From an uncultured Alphaproteobacteria bacterium (GTDB lineage Bacteria > Pseudomonadota > Alphaproteobacteria > RF32 > CAG-239): a stretch of DNA of 64,000 bases. The notes under the pieces were generated by a model. That model ran no database searches. It was not told where the DNA came from and was given only the letters and a program-made list of their open reading frames with translations. Location: the NCBI GenBank assembly GCA_944390275.1, contig CALXPL010000004.1:29139-93138 (forward strand), in the 5' to 3' direction. The position numbers and the translations under genes are program-made. Below, piece by piece: positions 38,490 to 47,840 of the stretch (within the stretch, counting starts at the first letter, position 1; every line of letters starts with the position of its first letter).

Positions 38490-40727
38490 ATGTCTGAAGA
38501 AAACACCGCAGAAAATACCGAAAGAGTAAAAGATGTACACTTGGCAGAGGAACTGAGCAGTCGTTATTTATCCTACGCCATGTCAACCATAGTTTCACGT
38601 TCGCTTCCGGATGTGAGAGATGGTTTAAAGCCTGTTCACAGAAGACTTTTGTATGCGATGCGTCAACTCCATCTTGATCCAAAATCAGGATATAAAAAAT
38701 GCGCAAGAGTTGTCGGTGACGTAATCGGTAAATATCACCCGCACGGAGACAGTGCCGTTTATGGAGCCATGGTTCGCTTGGCTCAAGATTTTTCGGTAAG
38801 ATATCCTTTGGTTGACGGGCAGGGAAATTTTGGAAATATCGACGGGGACGGAGCCGCCGCCATGCGTTATACGGAAGCTCGCTTAACGGAATTTGCCATG
38901 GCATTGATGGAAGGTCTGAACGAAAATGCGGTTGATTTTCGCGAAACCTATGATGGTGAAGAAGACGAACCGGTTGTTATGCCGTCGATGGTTCCGAATT
39001 TATTATGTAATGGGTCTTCGGGTATTGCCGTTGGTATGGCAACGAACATTCCTCCGCACAATTTGAGTGAAGTCTGCGATGCTCTTTTATATTTGATAGA
39101 TAATCCCACATGTGAGATTGAACCCTTGGTCAGACGGTTAAAGGGGCCGGATTTTCCGACAGGAGGGGTAATTGTCGATAAGTTTGAAAGTATATTAAAC
39201 ACCTATAAGGACGGAAAAGGCTATTTTCGGATTCGAGCCAAATGGGAAAAAGAAGATTTAGGACATGGCCAATATCAAATTGTCGTAAAAGAGATACCTT
39301 ATCAGGTTATAAAATCGAAGCTGATAGAAAAGATAGCGGAATTATTGTTTAACAAGAAGATACCTCTGTTAAATGATGTAAGAGATGAATCATCGCATGA
39401 TGTTCGTATTGTTTTAGAACCGAAGAACCGTAGTGTTGATGCCAATTTGTTAATGGAACACTTGTTTAAGCAAACGGAATTAGAAACAAGATTCAGCATG
39501 AATATGAATGTTTTAGATTCGGAAGGTGTTCCACACGTATTAGATATAAAACAAGTTTTACAAGAATTTTTAAATCATCGCCATATCGTTTTGCAAAGAC
39601 GAGCACAATATCGCTTAGATAAGATAAACACGCGTTTGGAAATTTTGTCGGGATATTTGATAGCGTATTTGAACTTAGATGAGATAATTCGGATAATACG
39701 CGAAGAAGACGAAGCCAAAGCGGTAATGATGAAGGAGTTCAACTTAAGCGACAATCAAGCGGAAGCAATTTTAAATATGAAATTGCGTTCGTTAAGAAAA
39801 CTCGAGGAAGAAGAAATCCGTCAAGAATATGATGATTTAAGCGGAGAAAAAGCCGAACTTGAGGAATTGCTTGGAGATGAGAAAAAACGTTGGGAAGCTC
39901 TGGGCAATGAAATAAAGCTGATAAAAGAAAAGTTTGGCAAAAAGACGGCATTAGGCAAACGCCGCACAGAGTTTTCGGAAGCACCGGAAGATATAGAAAT
40001 GCCGTTAGAAGCCATGATAGAAAAAGAGCCGATAACGATAATTTTATCGCAAAAGGGCTGGATAAGATGCTTGAAAGGACATACAGATTTAAGCGAAGAG
40101 TTTAAGTTTAAAGATGATGATGCCTTGCAGGCCGCCATTCATGCACAAACAACGGATAAAATCATCATATTTGATACAGCCGGCAAGTTCTATACCATAC
40201 CGGCCAATGACATTCCGAGCGGCAGAGGTTTCGGACAACCGTTAAGATTGATGATAGATTTGGGCATAAACGATTCGGTATGTTCAATGTTTACATTTGA
40301 AGCGGGAGCAAAATATGTTATATCATCGGATACGGGCAAAGGCTTTGTTGTCGATGAAAGCCACATATTAGCGCAAACCCGCAATGGCAAGAAGATATTA
40401 AACCTCGGAGAAGGCGAGGTAGCTGCTTTTTGTAAGAAGGTAACCGGAGATATGGTTGCCATCATAGGAGAGAACCGCAAATTATTGGTTTTCAAAATGG
40501 AAGAAATACCGAGTATGGCGCGTGGTCGTGGCGTAACCTTACAAAAATACAAAGACGGCAAAATGTCCGATATTCAGATATTCAAGGAAGAAGAAGGATT
40601 TGTATATAAACGAGCCGGCGGCAGTAAGACGGAAACGGAATTGCTAAATTGGCTTGGTCATAGGGCGCAAGTCGGAAAATTGGCACCGTTTGGTTTCCCG
40701 AAGAGTAACAAGTTTATGAAAGAATAA
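38490..40727 (+). CDS. parC: DNA topoisomerase IV subunit A (ParC; GyrA-family, 745 aa)
   Basis: Catalytic region AMRYTE with the active-site Tyr, [16 protein letters not shown], and a C-terminal beta-pinwheel. The size fits ParC rather than GyrA. Confidence 0.8.
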   Translation: MSEENTAENTERVKDVHLAEELSSRYLSYAMSTIVSRSLPDVRDGLKPVHRRLLYAMRQLHLDPKSGYKKCARVVGDVIGKYHPHGDSAVYGAMVRLAQDFSVRYPLVDGQGNFGNIDGDGAAAMRYTEARLTEFAMALMEGLNENAVDFRETYDGEEDEPVVMPSMVPNLLCNGSSGIAVGMATNIPPHNLSEVCDALLYLIDNPTCEIEPLVRRLKGPDFPTGGVIVDKFESILNTYKDGKGYFRIRAKWEKEDLGHGQYQIVVKEIPYQVIKSKLIEKIAELLFNKKIPLLNDVRDESSHDVRIVLEPKNRSVDANLLMEHLFKQTELETRFSMNMNVLDSEGVPHVLDIKQVLQEFLNHRHIVLQRRAQYRLDKINTRLEILSGYLIAYLNLDEIIRIIREEDEAKAVMMKEFNLSDNQAEAILNMKLRSLRKLEEEEIRQEYDDLSGEKAELEELLGDEKKRWEALGNEIKLIKEKFGKKTALGKRRTEFSEAPEDIEMPLEAMIEKEPITIILSQKGWIRCLKGHTDLSEEFKFKDDDALQAAIHAQTTDKIIIFDTAGKFYTIPANDIPSGRGFGQPLRLMIDLGINDSVCSMFTFEAGAKYVISSDTGKGFVVDESHILAQTRNGKKILNLGEGEVAAFCKKVTGDMVAIIGENRKLLVFKMEEIPSMARGRGVTLQKYKDGKMSDIQIFKEEEGFVYKRAGGSKTETELLNWLGHRAQVGKLAPFGFPKSNKFMKE

Positions 40728-40731
40728 GGAC

Positions 40732-40911
40732 ATGTCGGAAGTATTGTTTGAATATTCGCGGCAAGGGAATTTTGTAAAGGTTACGGCGATAGAAACCGAA
40801 ACCCGAATAGAGGTAAGTGTAATTGTACCGGCCAGTTTATCGGAACGTCAAATGCAGATACAAGCCTTGCAAAAGTTAAAATACGTGATGGAAAAACAAG
40901 CAGAAGAATAA
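40732..40911 (+). CDS. Small conserved-looking ORF, 59 aa, downstream of parC
   Basis: aagga RBS 6 nt upstream of the ATG. MSEVLFEYSRQGNFVKVTAIETETRIEVSVIVPASLSERQMQIQALQKLKYVMEKQAEE. Followed by a terminator. Below the 60-aa cutoff of the ORF track. Confidence 0.35.
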   Translation: MSEVLFEYSRQGNFVKVTAIETETRIEVSVIVPASLSERQMQIQALQKLKYVMEKQAEE

Positions 40912-40929
40912 ACAAAAAAACGATAGAAA

Positions 40930-40967
40930 AACACTCCTTTTCAAAAAGATAAGGGGTGTTTTTTTGT
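40930..40967 (+). terminator. Rho-independent terminator
   Basis: acactcctt-ttcaaaaagat-aaggggtgt followed by tttttt. Confidence 0.6.
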
Positions 40968-41112
40968 AAAAAAAATCGCAACTATGAAATTCAAAACACG
41001 AGTATATCAGTAGGCTACGTCAATTTTTTTATTAAAAAAATAAATTAACCCTTGTACATAGCATAAAATTGTGATAAAGTAAAAAATGTGATGATAAGTG
41101 TGGAGGGATACT

Positions 41113-42717
41113 ATGACTGGTATTGCAAGAGTGATTCTGTGTACAGTTTCAGGACTTATGTGTTTTGAGACTAATTTAGCATATTCATTAACAAAAAATA
41201 CAGCGTCAAGCGTCCCGAGATTAGGGTTTCATACACAATACACACACAAATTTTTACCTAACGATACCGACTTATCATCACCATTATTTGATGTAAGACC
41301 GATAACGGGAGAAGGCTCTGGAGAAAGTTCCGGACGCGAATATAAAGAAGCAAATGTTTGTTTTATTACAGACACGGAAGATTGCTCTCATGATAAATTC
41401 GGAAATAATGAAACTCCGGGTAAGCCGAATGATCCCGGTTATGGCGATCCGGATGATTTATGTAAGGCTGCAGGATATAATAATCCTGTCTGTGGAGATG
41501 GAATGCAGCCTGGAGATTTTTGCCCTTACGATGAGTCATATTACAAAAGATGTGTTTGTTCATCAATATACGGTAAGACATGTGATGCAGAAGATGATTT
41601 AAGAGGGGTCGGAGCATCGTGTGATGGGAAGTATAAAGAATGTTGCAATATTTGCACGGGATATGATTATTTAAAAATTCCTAATGACTATGTCAGTAAT
41701 GGAGAATGTGATTCTTGCGACGGCAAGAAATACAAAATCAAGTGTGATCCGACAAAATTTTTAATTAACGTAGATTGTGGTCCTCAAGGAGGTATGGGGA
41801 GAGCCTGTACGGATGATGACGGTATTCATTATGAAAACTGTAACTGTCCGAATAAATATGTCTGGAGCAGTGTCTCACATAAATGTGTCTGTGCGGATGT
41901 TTACAAATACAGTTGCCAAGGGACGGGTTATGCCGGAGGAGACGGAGAGTCATGTGATGAAAAATACATGAAATGTAAATGTTCGGAAGGATATCGTTGG
42001 GATACGACCCAAGGAGCCTGTGTCTGTGATGGAGAAGACTGGTGCTCGCTTAATCAAGATTGTTCATCCTTGGGCTATAAGCGAGAAACTTGTAAAACGC
42101 AAGCCATAAAATGTCCTTTTGATACGGCGTATGTTCATTGTGTCAAAGCAAGTTGTGCTTTAGGAGATATTTTGAATAATGATATGACTTGCAGTAAGAC
42201 AACAGAAGCAGGCAAAACGCCGATAGGTGTTGTCGTTTATGTTGGTGAGGACGGTAAAAGACAAGCCGTAGCCTTAGAAGAACTACCGAAAGTTTCTTGG
42301 GGAGTTTCCAGTAAAATTAAAACAAGCGTGCTTCCGGAGTTAACATACGAAGAAGCGATGAGTGATTTAGATAGCTGTGGCAATACACTGAGATTGGTTT
42401 ATGCTTCACAGCAAAATGGCGGAGGCGTTTATCCGGCAGCGGAAGCAGCTTACAACTATGCACCGGCGGCAGCTCCGGAGACAAAAGGACAATGGTGCTT
42501 ACCCTCATTCAATATAGTGAACCGAATTGATGATGATATAAAAGTACAGAAGACCATATCTGATTTAGGGATAAAAATGCAATATTTTCGCTATTGGTCA
42601 TCGTCAGCGGCAGAAAAAGGTCAATATGCACCATACTATCAAGCATGGCAGCTTTCGAGCTATGGCGGCGATACTATTGGTGAGCTTGAAAATGTAAGAC
42701 CGGTAATTGAATTTTAG
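41113..42717 (+). CDS. Cysteine-rich secreted protein, long form fused to the type-A C-terminal domain. Family member 2a
   Basis: Start MTGIARVILCTVSGLMCFETNLAYS (ggaggg RBS). The Cys-module region (VCFITDTEDC...GKYKECCNIC...CNCPNKYVW...CKCSEGYRW...CPFDTAYVHC) is followed by a ~190-aa domain homologous to the short type-A proteins (GKTPIGVVVYV...AAYNYAPAAAPETKGQWCLPS...RPVIEF). Confidence 0.6.
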   Translation: MTGIARVILCTVSGLMCFETNLAYSLTKNTASSVPRLGFHTQYTHKFLPNDTDLSSPLFDVRPITGEGSGESSGREYKEANVCFITDTEDCSHDKFGNNETPGKPNDPGYGDPDDLCKAAGYNNPVCGDGMQPGDFCPYDESYYKRCVCSSIYGKTCDAEDDLRGVGASCDGKYKECCNICTGYDYLKIPNDYVSNGECDSCDGKKYKIKCDPTKFLINVDCGPQGGMGRACTDDDGIHYENCNCPNKYVWSSVSHKCVCADVYKYSCQGTGYAGGDGESCDEKYMKCKCSEGYRWDTTQGACVCDGEDWCSLNQDCSSLGYKRETCKTQAIKCPFDTAYVHCVKASCALGDILNNDMTCSKTTEAGKTPIGVVVYVGEDGKRQAVALEELPKVSWGVSSKIKTSVLPELTYEEAMSDLDSCGNTLRLVYASQQNGGGVYPAAEAAYNYAPAAAPETKGQWCLPSFNIVNRIDDDIKVQKTISDLGIKMQYFRYWSSSAAEKGQYAPYYQAWQLSSYGGDTIGELENVRPVIEF

Positions 42718-42731
42718 AGAAGGAGAGAGAG

Positions 42732-43484
42732 ATGAAAAAAATAATGTTCTTAAGCAGTTTTACCCTTATGTCTCTCTTTCTGGGAGAAAGCAAGGTGTTA
42801 GCGCAATGTGCAAATGTCAATTTTGATTGTCGGGCTGCGGGTTATACGCAAACCTCATGTCCGTCGGGCGGAGTAAGATGTCCTACGGATAACAGCTTAT
42901 GGTACTGTCCGCAAAACACGGCATTTTGTGAAGTCGGCTATATCTTAAATAGTGATATGAGTTGTACAAAAAACAAAGTAAGCGGAAAGACCCCGATTGC
43001 AGTTGTTGCCTATCTTGATGGTAAGGGAGGAGGACAGGCAATCAGTCTGGAAGATTTACCGGCTCAAGTAATGATGGCATCGGGAGTAACAATACCGGAT
43101 AGTTATGAAGAAACTAGTTTTGCGATGACAGGTGTAAAGAGTTGTGAAAAAACACAGCTTTTAATAAATTCGGGAGATAAAAGTAAATTTCCGGCAGCCT
43201 GGGCAGCTTATGAATATGCGCCGGCAGCGGCTCCCAATACAAAAGGAAAATGGTGTATTCCGGATGTTGGTGTCTTGTTTTATGCAAGAAGAGCATACGC
43301 AGCGGAGATAGATGCAGCAATAAAAAATTTGAATGCAGAAGAATTTACGGATTACTACTGGACAACATCTTTAACCGAAAAAAGAGGGATGTATTCATTT
43401 CATTTTGTGAAAGACGACGGTATAACGACAAGCTATGGATATTATGATAGAAATTATAAAATTCGTCCGGTTATAGAATTTTAG
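42732..43484 (+). CDS. Cysteine-rich secreted protein, short form type A. Family member 2b
   Basis: Signal peptide MKKIMFLSSFTLMSLFLGESKVLA|QC, the module CRAAGYTQTSCPSGGVRCPTDNSLWYCP, then the conserved C-terminal domain ending RPVIEF. 14 nt after the upstream gene. Confidence 0.6.
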   Translation: MKKIMFLSSFTLMSLFLGESKVLAQCANVNFDCRAAGYTQTSCPSGGVRCPTDNSLWYCPQNTAFCEVGYILNSDMSCTKNKVSGKTPIAVVAYLDGKGGGQAISLEDLPAQVMMASGVTIPDSYEETSFAMTGVKSCEKTQLLINSGDKSKFPAAWAAYEYAPAAAPNTKGKWCIPDVGVLFYARRAYAAEIDAAIKNLNAEEFTDYYWTTSLTEKRGMYSFHFVKDDGITTSYGYYDRNYKIRPVIEF

Positions 43485-43496
43485 GGGAGAAAGAAC

Positions 43497-44246
43497 ATGA
43501 AAAAAACAAATATTTTTTTATTAAGCAGTGTCCTAATATGTTCTCCGTTAATTTTCAGCGCGAATACTTACGGTCAACAATGTGTCATTTCTGATTGTGC
43601 TTATTTAGGATATACCGAAACGAGTGATAAGGGCGGATGTTTAAAATGTCCATTCGGTGATTATTGGTTTTGTCCGGCAGCAGACAGAGAAAATTGTGAT
43701 TCAATGTATGCCTTTCCTTGTAATCGTAGTAATGAATATACACCTTCAGGATCATATAGTGAGAGTTGTAACGGAAGATATAAGAGATGTGGTTGTCGAA
43801 ATAATTCAGATTGGCTTGCAGGTTGGTTATCTTGCGATTGTGATACAAATTCATATAAATATACCTGTACCGGAACACATGAAGTTCCTCCATATACATC
43901 AGATCAGTGTGATGGTAAATATTCTTATTGTGCGTGTGATGATGAACGTTATGGGTGGTCAAAACGAACAGGAACTTGTTCTCTCAAAGGAACATTAGAA
44001 TACTTTATAGTAAAAGCAGAATGTTTTGAAGCAGCAAGCTATATTAGAGCCATGGGGACAACAAGTCAAAGACGCTGTAGCGTTTGTCCCTCGAATGTAA
44101 CAAGCTTTACGACGGAGTTACTGATGAAAAATTTTACTTCAGGTACTGATGAACAAAATATGCGTGATTGTATTAACTATGTTGATAGTTATCAATCCAC
44201 ATGGTATGAGTACGGAAGTTGTTTCTATGATGACAGTTGTAAATAA
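43497..44246 (+). CDS. Cysteine-rich secreted protein, short form type B (all Cys modules). Family member 2c
   Basis: Signal peptide MKKTNIFLLSSVLICSPLIFSANTYG|QQC, then ISDCAYLGYTETSDKGGCLKCPFGDYWFCP and the YKYTCTGT...GKYSYCAC modules. 12 nt after the upstream gene. Confidence 0.6.
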   Translation: MKKTNIFLLSSVLICSPLIFSANTYGQQCVISDCAYLGYTETSDKGGCLKCPFGDYWFCPAADRENCDSMYAFPCNRSNEYTPSGSYSESCNGRYKRCGCRNNSDWLAGWLSCDCDTNSYKYTCTGTHEVPPYTSDQCDGKYSYCACDDERYGWSKRTGTCSLKGTLEYFIVKAECFEAASYIRAMGTTSQRRCSVCPSNVTSFTTELLMKNFTSGTDEQNMRDCINYVDSYQSTWYEYGSCFYDDSCK

Positions 44247-44265
44247 GCCTGTTTCTCTCTGAAAA

Positions 44266-44298
44266 CAAAAAAAGGAACGGGAAACCGTTCCTTTTTTA
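44266..44298. terminator. Bidirectional rho-independent terminator between convergent genes
   Basis: aaaaaaa-ggaacgg-gaaa-ccgttcc-tttttt. It serves the Cys-rich operon (+) and proS (-). Confidence 0.65.
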
Positions 44299-44349
44299 TA
44301 ATGCTATAATCGCTTCAAAGAATTTATCTTTCAAAGCGAAAAAAAACGA

Positions 44350-45867
44350 CTAGTAAGAACGAGCGTAAATAACGTCCATGGTAGCCGGTTTTCCGGTTAA
44401 AAGACACGTCCCTTGCGTTCCGGATTGGTCAAAAGGAATACAACGAATAGTGATTTTCATAGCTTTTAGAAGTTCTTCACTATTGGCATCGCCGCTCCAT
44501 TTTCCGCGAACAAAGGCGACTTTACCTTGTTTACCGTCTTCAATCCAAGAATTTGATTCGGCAAAATATTTATTAAACTCTTCTTGAGTTGTAATATCGG
44601 TAAGAATATTTTGTTCAAGACGATTTTTCGCTTTGGTAAACATTTCATTTTGAATGTTAAGAAGACGATCGTCAATGGCGGCAACAAAATCTGTCGCATT
44701 GAGAATTTGTTTTCCCTCAGAAGTGCCGAGTTTGAGTCTTTCTTTAACCATGACATTATTTCCGTCAACGTCGCGTTTTCCGATTTCGCAGATAATGGGA
44801 GCACCTTTTCTTGTCCATTCCCAAAACTTATCGACAGAAGATTTGTTACGCTTATCGATTTTGATACGGATTTTTTCCCCGAAAGGAGCATGTTTTTTGA
44901 GTTCTTCGGCAATTTTTCCGATATAATTCATCACATCGCCTTCGTCTTCGGCTTTTTTGATAACGGGGACAAGGATAATTTGATAAGGAGCAATTTTCGG
45001 AGGAACGACCATTCCTTCGTCATCGGCATGTGTCATGATAACACCGCCGATAAGACGTGTTGAAACGCCCCAAGAAGTCGTGTAAGCAAATTCGGATTCA
45101 TTATTTTTGTTTACAAAAGAAATATTTGCGGATTTAGCAAAATTCTGACCGAGGAAGTGTGACGTACCGGCTTGTAGAGCTTTACCGTCTTGCATCATAG
45201 CTTCAACGCAATAAGTATCGACGGCACCGGGGAATTTTTCGTGTTCAGGTTTACGACCGACCAAGACAGGCATAGCCAAAGTATTTTCGCACAAATCGCG
45301 ATAGGCTTCAAGCATGCGCTTTGTTTCTTCCTCAGCTTCCTGAGCTGTTGCGTGAGCTGTGTGACCTTCTTGCCATAAGAATTCGCGAGTTCTCAAAAAG
45401 AGGCGGGGACGCATTTCCCAGCGAACGACATTAGCCCATTGATTAACGAGAACCGGCAAATCACGGTAAGATTTGACCCATTTTGAAAAAGAATCAGCAA
45501 TAATGGCCTCGGAAGTCGGACGAACGATTAAAGGTTCTTCAAGTTTACCTTCAGGAACGAGTTTTCCGTCTTTCATAGCCAAGCGGGAGTGAGTAACGAC
45601 AGCCATTTCTTTTGCAAAACCGTCAACATGTTCGGCTTCTTTTTGAAAAAAGGACAAGGGGATAAACATAGGAAAATAGCAATTTTCGTGATCTGTTTCT
45701 TTAATTTTTTCATCAAACACATCGCGGATACGTTCCCAAATTCCATATCCCCAAGGTTTAATGACCATACACCCCGGAGAAGAAGAATTTTCAGCCATTT
45801 CCGATTCAGCAACAACATTTTGGTACCATTCAGGATAATTTCCTGCTCTTGTATTTTTTAATCCCAT
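44350..45867 (-). CDS. proS: Proline–tRNA ligase, archaeal/eukaryote-like class II type with C-terminal domain (505 aa)
   Basis: Class II aaRS motifs and the HXGH-less ProRS catalytic core. C-terminal extension ending ...DVIYARSY (conserved terminal Tyr). No bacterial-type INS editing domain. Confidence 0.9.
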   Translation of the reverse strand: MGLKNTRAGNYPEWYQNVVAESEMAENSSSPGCMVIKPWGYGIWERIRDVFDEKIKETDHENCYFPMFIPLSFFQKEAEHVDGFAKEMAVVTHSRLAMKDGKLVPEGKLEEPLIVRPTSEAIIADSFSKWVKSYRDLPVLVNQWANVVRWEMRPRLFLRTREFLWQEGHTAHATAQEAEEETKRMLEAYRDLCENTLAMPVLVGRKPEHEKFPGAVDTYCVEAMMQDGKALQAGTSHFLGQNFAKSANISFVNKNNESEFAYTTSWGVSTRLIGGVIMTHADDEGMVVPPKIAPYQIILVPVIKKAEDEGDVMNYIGKIAEELKKHAPFGEKIRIKIDKRNKSSVDKFWEWTRKGAPIICEIGKRDVDGNNVMVKERLKLGTSEGKQILNATDFVAAIDDRLLNIQNEMFTKAKNRLEQNILTDITTQEEFNKYFAESNSWIEDGKQGKVAFVRGKWSGDANSEELLKAMKITIRCIPFDQSGTQGTCLLTGKPATMDVIYARSY

Positions 45868-46123
45868 AGTTAATTCCTTTAAAATTTAATATCGCAATTA
45901 AAATCCCGCAACCCCAATGTCGCAGGATATTTTTTCATCAATAGAAAAAACGCTGTTAACTTAACAGAATATATTAATTTTGTGAAGTATAATTTTAAGA
46001 TTTTTTCAGAGGAAGAAACAATTTGAAAAGAATTGTGTGTTTACAAGCAAAATAAAGTTTGTTAAATTTGTTGCAGTCGTGTTAGAGAAGAAAACCATAA
46101 GAAAAAAAAGAAAGGAAAATTTC

Positions 46124-46921
46124 ATGTCAAATATCCATCCTTCAGCCGTTGTTGAAGAAGGCGCACAAATTGCTTCAACAGCGCATATCGGCCCGTTTTG
46201 CTATATTAGCTCAAGAGCTAAGATAGGAGAAAATGTAAATTTGATAGCTCGTGTCAGTGTTTTGGGAGATACGACAATCGGTGAGGGAACGGTTGTCTTT
46301 CCGAATGCGTGCTTAGGAGGAGGACCGCAAGACCATGGAAATGAATTTCAGCCGAATGCAAAATTAATTATCGGTAAAAGAAATGTTATTCGTGAAAATG
46401 TAACCATGCATGCCGGAACACCGAAAGAACATTTAACCACGGTTGTCGGCGATGACGGAATGTTTATGGTTAACTCGCACGTTGCTCATGACTGTGTTGT
46501 CGGTAATAATGTTATTATGACGAATAATGCGGTAATAGGTGGTCACGTTCATGTCGGAGACGGAGCAATTTTGGGCGGTAACTCAGCCGTTCACCAGTTT
46601 TGCCATATTGGTCGAAAAGCGATGATAGGTGGTATGAGCGGTGTTGACCGTGATGTCATTCCGTTTGGTATCGTTACCGGCGATAGAGGAAAATTAAGAG
46701 GCTTAAATGTTATCGGTTTAAAGAGAAGCGGTATTGATGAACATACTGTCAAGTCTGTAACCAGAGCCTTTATGTATATGTTCAAAGGCAAAGAAGATAC
46801 TTTTGAAGTTCGTATCGAAAAAGCTAAAGAAAAATTTGCCGACAATGAAATGGTCATGGAACAAATTAAGTTCATAGAGGAATCATTGCACGGACGTCGC
46901 AAAATTATGACGGCAGAATAA
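46124..46921 (+). CDS. lpxA: Acyl-ACP–UDP-N-acetylglucosamine O-acyltransferase
   Basis: Hexapeptide-repeat beta-helix (IHPSAVVEEGAQIASTAHIGPFCYI...) plus the LpxA C-terminal helical domain. Start at the ATG with an aaaggaaaa RBS. The ORF track starts earlier at 46037. Confidence 0.9.
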   Translation: MSNIHPSAVVEEGAQIASTAHIGPFCYISSRAKIGENVNLIARVSVLGDTTIGEGTVVFPNACLGGGPQDHGNEFQPNAKLIIGKRNVIRENVTMHAGTPKEHLTTVVGDDGMFMVNSHVAHDCVVGNNVIMTNNAVIGGHVHVGDGAILGGNSAVHQFCHIGRKAMIGGMSGVDRDVIPFGIVTGDRGKLRGLNVIGLKRSGIDEHTVKSVTRAFMYMFKGKEDTFEVRIEKAKEKFADNEMVMEQIKFIEESLHGRRKIMTAE

Positions 46922-47006
46922 AAAATTAAGAAAATATACAGGAAGTTTGTTTATAAGAAAAGAAACAGACTTCCTGTTTTTTGTATGAAAAGGAGATACG
47001 AGAAGA

Positions 47007-47840
47007 ATGCGTAAAAAGCTGGGAATTATTGCCGGAGGCGGAGCAATCCCCAAAAAATTGATAGAGTGCTGTCAGGCTCAACAAAGGGATTATTTTGTTT
47101 TGGCAATAGAAGGAAATGCCGATAAAAACTTGATAACAGAAGATATTCCACACCAGTGGATACGCATTGGACAAGCCGGTACGGGATTTAAAAAATTTCA
47201 TGATGAACATGTTGAAGAAGTCGTCATGATAGGCACAATTCGTCGTCCGAGTTTAAAAGATTTGGTTCCGGATTTTCGCACAGCGGCTTTTTTTGCAAAA
47301 ATCGGAATGAAAGCAATAGGAGATGACGGAATATTGCGTGCCGTTGTCAAAGAGATTGAAAGTGAAGGAATGATTGTCCGCGGTATTCATGAGGTTATGC
47401 CGGAAATACTTGTAAAAAAAGGTGTTTTAGGAAAACATAAACCGGACAAACAAGCAAGGGAAGACATCAAAAGAGGAATTGAGGTCGCGTTAGAATTAGG
47501 AAAATTAGATGTCGGTCAAGCGGTCATTGTTCAACAAGGATTGGTTTTGGGAGTTGAAGGAATTGAAGGAACGGATGAACTGATACGCCGTTGCGGAGAT
47601 TATAAAAGGAAAGGCGACGGTGGTGTTTTGGTAAAATTAAGAAAACCGCAACAAGACATGCGTATTGATTTACCGACGATAGGACCTCGTTCCGTCTATC
47701 GCGCGAAAGAAACCGGCTTAAAAGGAATAGCGGTGCATGCCGGAAATGGACTGATTGTTGATGAGCAAGAAGTTATTAAAGCCGCCGATGCCGCCGGATT
47801 GTTTGTTATCGGAATAGACCCCGGAGAATATCATGACTGA
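47007..47840 (+). CDS. lpxI: UDP-2,3-diacylglucosamine pyrophosphatase LpxI (DUF1009)
   Basis: 277 aa, MRKKLGIIAGGGAIPKKL...LDVGQAVIVQQGLVLGVEGIEGTDELIRR...DLPTIGPRSV. Fits the LpxI/DUF1009 family found between lpxA and lpxB in alphaproteobacteria. Confidence 0.8.
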   Translation: MRKKLGIIAGGGAIPKKLIECCQAQQRDYFVLAIEGNADKNLITEDIPHQWIRIGQAGTGFKKFHDEHVEEVVMIGTIRRPSLKDLVPDFRTAAFFAKIGMKAIGDDGILRAVVKEIESEGMIVRGIHEVMPEILVKKGVLGKHKPDKQAREDIKRGIEVALELGKLDVGQAVIVQQGLVLGVEGIEGTDELIRRCGDYKRKGDGGVLVKLRKPQQDMRIDLPTIGPRSVYRAKETGLKGIAVHAGNGLIVDEQEVIKAADAAGLFVIGIDPGEYHD

